This document shows positions 11,412 through 21,400 of a stretch of 64,000 nt of DNA, one piece after another. Origin of the DNA: Clostridiales bacterium (GTDB lineage Bacteria > Bacillota > Dehalobacteriia > UBA7702); assembly GCA_040766505.1 (NCBI GenBank), contig JAXGQJ010000001.1, forward strand, positions 64,836 to 128,835, given 5' to 3'. Numbering within the stretch: the first letter of the stretch is position 1; the number at the start of each line of letters is the position of its first letter. The notes beneath the pieces were generated by a model that worked only from the letters and a program-made list of their open reading frames with translations, ran no database searches and had not been told where the DNA came from. The translations under genes were made by a program, and so were the position numbers.

Positions 11412-11493
11412 GCCGAAGTGATGGAACTGGCAGACGTGCCGGACTCAAAATCCGATTTCACCTTGTGCCGTTCAAATTCCACCTTCGGCACCA
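11412..11493 (+). tRNA. tRNA-Leu (anticodon CAA); the T-stem does not pair as written.
   Basis: Acceptor GCCGAAG pairs with CTTCGGC and is followed by ACCA. The D-loop is AACTGGCAGAC and the anticodon loop is CTCAAAA. However, the 5' T-stem strand (TGCCG) does not pair with TCCAC, and the variable arm is short for a class II tRNA. Confidence 0.65.
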
Positions 11494-12307
11494 AAGGCGT
11501 TGTATACCGTACAGCGTCTTTTGTTTTTTGCCAGCGTAGGGTATGTATTGCCACACTTTTTCCTTCCCGCTTTATTGTAGTTTTTCGCTGTGTTGCATTT
11601 TTTCGGCCCGATGCAACATGAAATACAACACGGGACACGACGCAAAAAAGTCTTTTGAAAGGGCGCTTCGAACTGTTGACAAAGTCCATCCATCAGGATG
11701 GATTTTGTAGTATGGAGAGTTAATATATGCATAATTCAAGTGAAGATGCCACGAAATCGAAGGGAACGTTCTCTGCTGAGTGAAAATCGAATGGCAAAAA
11801 TGCAGCAAATCCAAGGATACTCTCTCGGAAATGAAGAGAGGGGAAATAGCGCAGACCCTGCTCCGCGAAGCATTGGAGAACGGCAAGGCCAGCGAAGAGG
11901 GAATCGATGCCGATGCGGACACAAAAGACTACCCAAAAGTGTGTCCGGCATAGATTTTCCACTCACTTGTTCCGATGGAAGAGGACTTCGATTCGGCGCG
12001 TTAATACCCAAAGCCGCTTATAGTACAGGGTAAGCGGTACCGGCGCCTGCTGCAATGGTTCGGGTTGCTGCAAATAATGACAGACCGTTTTTATTGGCAT
12101 GGCTCGACAGACATGGGGCAAATTTAACGAATGGACCGCACAAAGCGCAATCCCCAAATGGTTCTCACGCATTCCCTTCATTCCCATCAACGAAATCCAC
12201 ATCATCCCCATTAACATCTGAATCTTCATTCTCATCGGCACGCCGAACTTGTTCGTGTATAGCTTTGACCATTTCAACGCCGCTTTCGACCCTCTTGTTG
12301 TGAACGA

Positions 12308-13032
12308 TTATGCCAGCCCGTGTACCCGAAGGAGATCGGTTTTCCCTTTCTTTTGCGGTGCGACCGATTTCCCTTGAAGAAAAACTGCCGACTTTATCCT
12401 TGAATATATCGTCTCAAATTCTCGCCAAAGGCTACAACCAGGTGGGCAATACCTTTTAACATATTTGAGGACAAAAGAATTCATATCACCCTCCCAAGCG
12501 CCAATACATAAGCGAAGGGTTCGGTCTAAGACGTGGAAACCGTATTTTTGATAAATATAGCCCAGCGTCGCGACGGCGCATATACCGCCCGGAACCTTAT
12601 TTGATGTGATTGAAAGGCCGTATGATTCAACCAAAGACTTAATAATAAGCTGGTCATCATTACCCGCTTCACATTTGCCATAAAGATTTCATATGGGAGC
12701 AAAGGCCTGATGTATTTTTGCTGATTGGCGAAAATATCCGCTTCCTGAACATAGTCCAACTCATCGTAAACCATGCACCAGACGGGCGTTTCACGGGAGC
12801 CGGATACCGTTGCGACAATCTCGATCGTATGCTGACCGTTAAAAACGTAATTGATTCCGCTGCGGCGGCTGGCCTTCACGGGGTTGATTTGGTAAAGTCG
12901 AAGTTCTCCACTGTCCGCCGGATATGGGCAGCCGATAAATTGCGCTGGTATTCCTGATTGGATACCAGATTTTTTATGGGTATCTGTTCAAAATGAACCT
13001 TTGGGACAAACATACTCAGGTCTTCCATCATT
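12308..13032 (-). CDS. ParB/Srx-fold (DGQHR-like) domain protein, with one or two frameshifts.
   Basis: The reconstructed peptide is MMEDLSMFVPKVHFEQIPIKNLVSNQEYQRNL...INYVFNGQHTIEIV. The 'IPI..L..NQEYQR' and 'NGQHT' motifs resemble ParB N-terminal / DGQHR domains. ORFs 12526..12879 and 12308..12634 join near 12650. Confidence 0.5.
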
Positions 13033-13100
13033 TTTCCTCCTTGACCGCCGAAAGCACCGTATCAACGGCAGACCGTAAACGGTTTAATTCATTTTCAAGC

Positions 13101-13427
13101 CTATGGCTTAGCATTAAAACCCTTGTAAAATCGGCCAGTACGCGTCCGCTCGATGGAGCTGATCCATGACGGGATTGTGAACACAAGGCTCAGTATTTCC
13201 GCATCCGGGTCATATGCGGGCATATCCTTTACTGAAATTTCAAGGGGCGGCAGGTAATCCTTTTGCCTTTTCTTTTTGGGACAATACTCCTCGTATCCGA
13301 ATACCCGGCATCGCCTTCCGTTAATTTTGCACTTACACGCTGAATATCTGACGGCGACAGCCAAGGCAAGCCTAAGAGATGTTTTCCTGTGAGATTTTAA
13401 TTTGCCGGACAAAATCTTGGGCGTCAA
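13101..13427 (-). CDS. Hypothetical protein of the island; the reading continues in another frame to about 13036.
   Basis: 108-aa ORF. Its downstream tail, LENELNRLRSAVDTVLSAVKEEK, ends next to the start of the ParB-like gene. No family was recognised. Confidence 0.3.
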   Translation of the reverse strand: MTPKILSGKLKSHRKTSLRLALAVAVRYSACKCKINGRRCRVFGYEEYCPKKKRQKDYLPPLEISVKDMPAYDPDAEILSLVFTIPSWISSIERTRTGRFYKGFNAKP

Positions 13428-13866
13428 CTCCGGAATCTACCCTTGAAAGCAAAGTCAATGGCATTTGCGCTGCCCGTATTTATCCGACGGGCTGCATGTG
13501 AAATACAGTACTCTTGCAAGGCGCTCGCGGGTGTGACGAGCAGTTTCTTCAAAAAGTGGTTCGGCCAACATTTTGGGCTAACCTCATTCCTTGTGTATTA
13601 GTTTTGTCCGGCGGCATTATGGGCGCCGATAATTTGTTCCATTATCTTTTTCCGATTAAATACCGGCGTGATTCGTCCGTTATATTATGGCAGCCAGTTG
13701 GTTTGCCTTATCCACGCGACCGCTTCCTCCCGGCTACGCAGGAGAATATGGGCGATTTTAAAGGGAATTTGGCGACGGGTGCAAATCATCGCATGCGGTT
13801 AGCCGTCAGGATGCGTTTTGTTCCACACGCAAGAGGCTCGCGGCATCGTCTTGAATGAGGGTTTCT

Positions 13867-14327
13867 TCAAGCTGTTTTCATCATCCGGTGAAAGGGGCGG
13901 GATGAGGTTCTTGTTCCTCGTCGATTTTCAATGTATAGACCGCCATATTCGGTCATTTTGCCCCTCATTCCGTAAGTGGGCATGAACTCTGAAATGTAAA
14001 ACTGCGCGATGCCTTCATTTTTAACGACTTCGCCATAGATGCGGTACGAATAACCGTCCATCCAGTCATCACACATACCGCGCGCAAGTTCCGCACCAAC
14101 GCTTTGCTGTGGAGCTCAAAGCATTGTGACATCAAACCGCGCTTGCCGTAGGCGGAACGCCTTTGGTCATCCCGGTCGCTGCGGAGGATAACGATTGCGC
14201 GGTTTTCCGGTTGACGAAGCAGCAGTATGTATTTTGGATCGCCAATGGCGTGCAGCGTCCTTTTGTATATCCGTATCATCTTTTTCAGGTCGATCAATAT
14301 AGCCGGGCGGCCGGAATCATCGCTCAC
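13867..14327 (-). CDS. Hypothetical protein, a paralogue-like partner of 14483..14959, with one frameshift near 14070.
   Basis: ORFs 13965..14327 and 13867..14076 join as ...LRAVC/DDWMDGYSYRIYGEVVKNEG. The layout parallels the neighbouring protein (IRIYKRTLHAIGDPKYILLL.. versus ITFNNHKVSLNTACLKRLPDVEYVQIL..). Confidence 0.4.
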
Positions 14328-14482
14328 GGGTATTTACCTGCCTCCTTCTGCGACTGTACGGCGCTATCCGCCGGTTCTGCCGGCGGTTCATTATTTACGC
14401 TGAATACCGTGTAACCTTTGAAGATATTCACCTGCAGCCGTTTTCGGTGTTCCTCCACGGACAATCCAAACTGGTTTCCACT

Positions 14483-14959
14483 CTATGGGGAACACAGGGG
14501 TACGGAATAACGCGGGCTTTCCGCCTTCTGCAACAAGCGCTGGAAAATCTCCGTCGAGGTTAAGTCAAAAGCGAACAGGTACTCATCGCCGCTGCGGATC
14601 AGTTTGCCGAGCAGCTTATAACGGTAATCCGGATTCCACCCCATTAAATCTATGATCATGGCGAAGAAAACCCGGCAGGTAATTTGTTTCGGTTTCCTTT
14701 TTCCGCCGCTTAAGGTACACCAAATGAACGCGTCTTTTTCATCCTCGCTGCTAGGTCGAACGACGAGCTTATGCTCATTCTGGTTGATAAGGATTTGCAC
14801 ATACTCCACATCGGGCAGGCGCTTCAAACAAGCGGTATTCAGCGAAACCTTGTGGTTGTTGAATGTGATTGAAGGCTCGCGGAGATGGGCAAAGAATTCA
14901 CCGCGAACCACCTGATACCCGTCATAACTAAAGGAATCATCCTGTATGATTTCTTCCAA
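14483..14959 (-). CDS. Conserved hypothetical protein typical of Clostridia integrative elements; function unknown.
   Basis: Intact 158-aa ORF (MEEIIQDDSFSYDGYQVVRGEFFAHLREPSITFNNHKVSLNTACLKRLPDVEYVQIL...). I recognise it as a recurrent element-borne family but cannot name its function. Confidence 0.5.
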   Translation of the reverse strand: MEEIIQDDSFSYDGYQVVRGEFFAHLREPSITFNNHKVSLNTACLKRLPDVEYVQILINQNEHKLVVRPSSEDEKDAFIWCTLSGGKRKPKQITCRVFFAMIIDLMGWNPDYRYKLLGKLIRSGDEYLFAFDLTSTEIFQRLLQKAESPRYSVPLCSP

Positions 14960-15008
14960 ATGTGGCGCCGCCGGTTCGGTACGGGCAGTTTATCCGGTAT
15001 CGGGCGCC

Positions 15009-16857
15009 TTATATTCCGTTTTCATCGTCCGTGCCCCCTTGCTCCATATCGGAAATCATTTGTTTTATGCTGCCGGAAAGGGTTTCCGCATCGGTTACAT
15101 TGATATCCGGCGTACCGTTGTAGGGTTGCCCCTCCACAGCGACATTCCACATGCCGTCCTTGTCGATTGCCGCCAATTCCCGCGCCTGTGAATGGCGGTA
15201 ATAATTGTTGCCGAAATTGCCCGCCCAGGACGGCGGGAAAGCTACGACGGTATTTTTACGGTTCGCGTTCACGGGATTTCAGACATTGTCACTAAAATAA
15301 CCGTCAGCCGCCATGTCGGGAATAAAGATTTCGGTATCCCTCATATCGAAAATCACAACGGATTCATTGTCTTTTTGCCTGCGCACGCCCCGGACACGGT
15401 ACCGTAGTTCGGGATCCCAGCGAATATTTCATATAACGTAATCAAATATGCCGCGCCGCTGATCATCGCGGATTGTAATTTGCTTTGTTGATCTTTGCCC
15501 ACCTGACGGCGTTCATTCGCTTAGCACCAGGGACGGACGGCAAGCAAATGTTCATGGGGATGAACCAGCATCTCTGTCCCAGCTCTTTCTTGAATTTTCG
15601 GATACATTCCGTGCCGACCAGATGTTTTCGGTTGAAAGTGTAACGCACAATTTGCGGGCGGTATCAAGGGTGAGGCAGGTTACCTCGACGCACAAATCAA
15701 AATCACCGGACTGCGCCTTTACTTCAAGGCTTTGGTTCCGGTTTATCCGCCATATACACTTTCGGAGGCTATGCGATAATCGTCGGCGCTGAAAGCCGCC
15801 CAGCGCGGATTGATGGAAACAAAGCCTCAGCGCTCCTTCCGTAATCACCTTCAGTTCGGGCAATATGCCTTTGTTCCCGTATTTGGCATTGCTTATCAGG
15901 CGCTGAACCGCAATGAAATCATCCCGCGAGACGATGGCCTCATGGTTGTCTTTCCTGGTATACTGGTTGTGGTTGTTCCGGTTTTTTCGCGGCGGAGTGA
16001 GTCAAGGCCATCATCATGTCTTACGGCGAGTATGTCCCCGCCAATGCCGTTCGTTTTGCAATATTTGCAATATTGAACCGGGCGCCCATGCGGTGTTGCC
16101 CTTTTTTGTCATCCGTTTCAAAGACGTAAGCATTTCCGCTATTTGCCGGCAGGTGCAGCCGTATAAATACATAAAGAAAATCAGCCGTACGGTTTTCGCT
16201 TCTTCCGGGTTAATGATAAGGTTGCCGTCCCCGTCCTGGTCATAACCGAGCAGCGGCGGGGTCAGAAATATACCGCGCCGGAACCGTTTTTCAATGGAAT
16301 CATTGGCGACCCTGCTTTTGATATGCGATTCTTCCTGCGCCAATGTGGACATAAAGGAAAGGCTCATCTCACTGCTGTCATTCAATGTATAGAGACCGCC
16401 ATTTCAACACTTCGGCGGTTGCGTAGCAGCCAGTTGCCGCACATACCGATACAATCGACGACATTGCGGGCAAATCGAGGAACATATTCCGTGACAATCA
16501 AGTCAATCCTACCGGCTTTGCAGTCGCCCCAGCCATTTTACAAAGGCGTCGCGATGCTTCAGCGATGTCCCCGGATCTTCCCTCGTCGCTGTAAATGTCA
16601 GCAGTTTCCGGATTCTTGTGGCGGTTCAGCATTTCCGTATAATAGCCTTTCTGCAACTCGAACGACGACGTTTGCCGCGGGTCGTCGGTGGACACGCGCA
16701 CGTAGAAGGCCACCCGTTTCTCTTTTTCATCCTCAAAAAGGTTCTCCTCTGGTGTTGCCGGTATATTATCAATATCATCAGGAATCGCGCTTTGGTATTT
16801 CGCGCGTATTTTCTTTGCGGTTTTCGGCGTCTTTTTCGCCGGTTAGTTCTCTTGCAT
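15009..16857 (-). pseudogene. Large serine recombinase (resolvase catalytic domain, recombinase domain and zinc-ribbon region), multiply frameshifted.
   Basis: The catalytic N-terminus reads VAFYVRVSTDDPRQTSSFELQ (16498..16713). The recombinase domain reads FMSTLAQEESHIKSRVANDSIEKRFRRGIF...NPEEAKTVRLIFFMYL (16014..16385). Further fragments run down to about 15009. The ATG at 16857 follows a GGAGGG RBS. Confidence 0.7.
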
Positions 16858-17074
16858 TGCGAATCCCTCCGAATGATAGAATATTGTTATTATGCGGGGG
16901 TTTCGCCAATAAAGGGAAATTCACCACCGGAAGTAAACCACTTTACCGCCAGTTAATATTCCGGGAATCTTTTGCAGCTTCCCAAAAAATAGGGGTGAAG
17001 GCCGGCTGTTATCCTGAAGCTTTTCTTGAATTTGGAAGCCACTCGAAATGATGCGCCTTTCATAGTTGTTACAA

Positions 17075-17337
17075 TCATTGATCAGGCACGCAAATCGCAG
17101 TAGTATTCCGCAGCGTCGTTGGTTTGAATTTGCCGCTGAGTAAGGCATACACCGTAACGCCGAGCGCATTGGCAATCAGGATCAGGATGGAAAGGCTTGG
17201 CTTTTTAGCGGCGGTTTCAATCGGGCTTATGTACGGCACGGACACATCAATCTGCTCCGCAAGCTCAGCCTGGGACAACCCTTTCGCGTGGCGGATTTCC
17301 TGATCCTCCGGCCTATGTGCTTGAAATTGACTGACAT
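17075..17337 (-). CDS. XRE-family helix-turn-helix regulator, with one frameshift near 17290.
   Basis: The peptide LSQAELAEQIDVSVPYISPIETAAKKPSLSILILIANALGV is a classic HTH_3 motif, and upstream residues IRHAKG can be read in another frame from the ATG at 17337. Confidence 0.7.
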
Positions 17338-17369
17338 AAAAACAATCACTCTATTGTGTATGATGTTTC

Positions 17370-18403
17370 ATTCAACACAATGGAGGATATTTTGAGCACT
17401 CGGTGCCGGCATTTTTGCATCGTTTGTGGTGCTTTTATACTGTCCCTTCACGCAGGATATCAAGGTAGGCGGCATAGGGAAAATGTTCTGTTGCGCTGCT
17501 CGCCGGAGTTTTGTGTCAAGGATACTTATTTCACAAAGCCGCCGGGCAAGAATCGGATACCGCCTTAAATGTGGTATCCGGCTTGGCCGCCGTCTTTTGG
17601 CGGCGCGGCCCATCCGCTGATAGCGGCGATATTTTTATCGTGGAGCGCCGTCAGTTTATCAATGGCTCACGATGCGACCACGGCGGATTCGTAAATCGCC
17701 TGCGGAAAAATTTGATCCACCGCCCATAGTTCCCGTTTCCGCGCACTTCGCTCATGCTGATCCGTAATATTCGATTGCCGGTTCTTTTTCAGGAAATACG
17801 AAATATATAGCACGCGGGGGTTGTCGGCACGCCTTTGTCCATCGGGTATAAGGTGATGAGCAATCGGCCGATACGTTCCGTTGCCGTCAAAAACAGGTGT
17901 ATGGTTTCAAACTGGTAGTGGATCAAGGCGGCGTGAATCAAAACATCAAGCGAATCATCACTGTTGATGTATTTTCTAGGTCGGACATTGCCACCGTCGT
18001 ATCTTCCGGCGTCGGAGGATAAACCTGGCATCCTTCAGTATTGCTGCCCTGGCCGCCGATCCAGTTTTAAGAGATAGCGAAACTCACCGGATTTTTTCTC
18101 TATCCTGGACGCGCCATCAGCACAGTGGCTGCTTCCTTAATCGGTCGGTTGCAGGCAGTTCGTTCAACCAGGTAATCGCAAAATCGGTGGCCTTGATGTA
18201 GTTGGTCACGGCGGCGACATGCGGTTGTCATTTTCGTTAATTAACGGGTCAAGCACATCCTCAGTGTGGCCTGGGTTCCTTCTGCTCTGGGACGGCATCG
18301 CGCTTCTCGTGGACATACGTTGATATAAACAAATTAACATTCGGAATCCACCAACGATACGCTTCAGAAACCAGCGCCGATCATATGCAGAAAAAGATTT
18401 CAA
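17370..18403 (-). pseudogene. Fic/DOC-family protein, multiply frameshifted.
   Basis: HYQFETIHLFLTATERIGRLLITLY corresponds to the Fic motif HPFxDGNGRxxR read across a frameshift. Downstream, YISYFLKKNRQ and a C-terminal HTH-like part are readable in shifted frames. Confidence 0.65.
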
Positions 18404-21400
18404 TTGATACTCTCAAATGCGTGATAGCTTCAAACCCAAAGTCATGAGTTCCTTCGGTAGTATTTCAATCTACACTCCCCGTGGGGGGGGTGACGGTGGA
18501 ATGGTGTCCGGCGGTATACCCAATTTCAATCTTCTCCCCGCGTGGGGGTGACAGGAAAAAAAGTTTTTTGTTATGCCTGCTACACGTTTAATCCTACTCC
18601 CCGTGAAGGGCAGCCATATAGGACGTCGTCCGTACCAGGCATCAATTTCAATCTTTACTCCCCGTGGGGTGACTGCGGGGGCTTCCTCTTTCGGCGGTGC
18701 TTCCGATTTCAATCCACCACTCCCGTGGGGGGTGACGAAGTATCGGGGCGTGTGGCACACGGTTGCGGTCAATTTCAATCCACACTCCCGTGGGGAAGAT
18801 GACCGCTTGCTGGGCGAGTTTATGATCGGCGATGATGTTTCAATCCTTTCTCCCGTGGGGAAGGTGACGGAAAAGATCAAGGGAAGTTTTCTTTGGTGCT
18901 GGATTTCAATCCGTCCCCGTGGGGGAGTGACAAGGGATTCACCCTTAATTTGTCGAAAATGTGTTATTTCAATCACGCGCTCCCCGTGGGGAGTAAAATG
19001 GGAAGCGCTCTGTCCGGTGGTGGGATAGATTTCAATCCACACACTCCCCGTCAGAGGTGACGTCAAGCTGGCGATTCTTCACCCTTGACGGCTGCGATTT
19101 CAATCCACCTCCCCGTGGGGGTGACTTGATGTGTTCTTCCGCTTCCTCTGGGTTTTGCATTTCAATCTGCTCCCCGTGGAGGTGACATACGTCAACGCTT
19201 GGTGGGATGAGTACGAGAGATTTCAATCCACACTCCCCCGTGGGGGAGTGACGGCCCGGTGCGATCAAAAGGCCAATAAGGTGGACAATTTCAATCCACA
19301 CTCCCGTGGGGAAGTGACATGAAAAATGAGTCAAAACACAAAAAACTATAAAATTTCAATCCACTCCCCGTGGGGGTGACGGCTTTCAAAAACCGCATCG
19401 CTTCTTCGGATTTCAATCTACCTCCCGTGGGGTGACTTGTCTGCTCGTACAGGCGATAAGTTTGCTCGGATTTCAATCCTATCCCCGTGGGGGGTGACTT
19501 GCTATGTTCCTTCCTGCCTGCAGCGCACGCGAATTTCAATCCACCTCCCCCGTGGGGGTGACGCGAGCAGTCGGCGACGGCGACGATGACCATTATTTCG
19601 AATACACTCCCCGTGGGGGGTGACGTCTTTCGCGAAACGGTTGTCATAGCCGACTTTATTTCAATCCACGCTCCCCGTGGGGGTGACGTGAGTAATGAAA
19701 CGGACTGGCAAGTATTCGGCGAATTTCAATCCACACTCCCGTGGGGGGGTGACCAGGCGAACTTTGGACGGCAATTAAGAATGGCAAATTTCAATCCACA
19801 CTCCCCGTGAAATGACTATAAACACGCTCTAATCAAGGTTATGAAGGATTTCAATCCACCACTCCCCGTGGAGGGGAGTGACTTTGTGTTTTGACTCATT
19901 TTTTCATCCCTCCATGATTTCAATTACACTCCCGTGGAAGATGACGATGATCGTTAAATAAGCACATCCCTTGCCCATTGCATTTCAATCCACACTCCCC
20001 GTGGAGAGTGACGGGCGCAAGCGGCTCCTGCCGCTCCTGGTGTTGACGAATTTCAATCCACCACTCCCCGTGGGGGGAGTGACCTGTTTTTCTTCTGCTT
20101 CGGATTGCCCATATTTCTTTTCCAATCCACCACTCCCCGTGGAAGGCCGGCGATCAAGCAGGGCGCTCTGGACGGCGCTGATATGTTCAATCCCACCGCT
20201 CCCCGTGGGGGTGACGGTGACGGCATAACTATCCGGTTTCTTGTACCACGACCAGCTAATTTTACTCCCGTGAAGTGACGTTGGGCGGCGACGGCAGCCC
20301 CGCTGTCTCAATTTCAATCCGCCTCCCGTGGTAGCTCGCCGATGGTGGCGACTCTTGGACTTTTTGGCGAATTTCAATCACCATCCGTAAGTGACTTTAT
20401 TGATCTTGCAGCTTATCCGCGAGGCGTTTCGTCCATCGTCAGTGTGCTGTTATATCGGCAAAAACAATGGGCGACATAGTTTTATTCACACTCCCCGTGG
20501 GGGGGCTGACCGAGCGGTAGCGCTTTTCCACCGCGACCACGTTATTTCAATCCTCCCCCGTGGAAGTGACGAGATACGCGCTTTCACAAATTATATTCAC
20601 AGAATTTCAATCTCTGCCTCGTGAGAAAAGTGACGGAAACTCATAAATGTATTGCCGTCGATGATCGTTATTTCAGTCTGCTCCCGTCTCGGGCGCGGCT
20701 TCATCCGCTCGTACAGCGATGGGTTTGCTCAGGATTTCGTCTACTCCCATTGAAGTGACCTCCTGTTGGCAATCTCCCCGCTGACACGTTCCAATCCCTG
20801 ACTCCCGCGTGAAGGTGACTGATTGATGCCCAACGTCAAGCTCTCAACGAATCGCACAATCCACCATACGTGGAAAGATGACTACAAGATCGGAGATTAA
20901 TCCTTGAGCAATATTTTCGTCCTCCCCGTGGGAAAGGCGATAACGGCTTTCCATCCATGGACGGCCATTCAAATGGTACAATCCTACCACTCCCCGTGGG
21001 GGAAGTGACATTTATGTCAGCTTACCTGCCGTTGACTTTTTATTTCGTCCACAACCATTATGATATTATCTCTCAACTGCGCTCCAATCAAGGTTACGGG
21101 GGAGGTGACCTCCCCGTGGGGAAGTGACGCGACATATGATCGGCAATGGGCGAACTAGCCACACGGGGAGTGACGCACTCCCCGTGTGATGAAGCAGCTA
21201 TGCGGTGAACGTACCCGTGGTCACCAGCCGGGGAAGTGACGCACTCCCAGTGGGGAGTGACACGCAGGCAATCGGGATTTGTATAGATCGGTCAACGGGG
21301 TGACACTCCCCGTGAAGGAAGTGACAAGAATGAGGGCTGCTACCTGGATAAAATATCTGTCAGGAGATGACATACAGTAAGAGAAGTGACAGGTTGGTGG

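Larger units (their letters stand above)
11494..18403. mobile_element. Remnant of an integrated element or genomic island between tRNA-Leu and the CRISPR trailer; boundaries not defined.
   Basis: The region is visibly more AT-rich than its flanks. It holds a large serine recombinase, a ParB/DGQHR-like protein, an XRE regulator, Fic and several element-type hypotheticals, all on the minus strand and mostly frame-broken. No clear att repeats were found. Confidence 0.55.

Noticed and set aside
16323-17051. 242-aa plus-strand ORF.
   Set aside because: It is antisense to the serine recombinase N-terminus (YVRVSTDDPRQ on the minus strand), and its composition is not protein-like.
18441-18460. GAGTTCCTTCGGTAGTA as a possible direct repeat (attR) of the tRNA-Leu 3' end (AATTCCACCTTCGGCACCA).
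   Set aside because: Only about 11 scattered matches, too weak to define an att site. Serine recombinases also do not typically target tRNA 3' ends.
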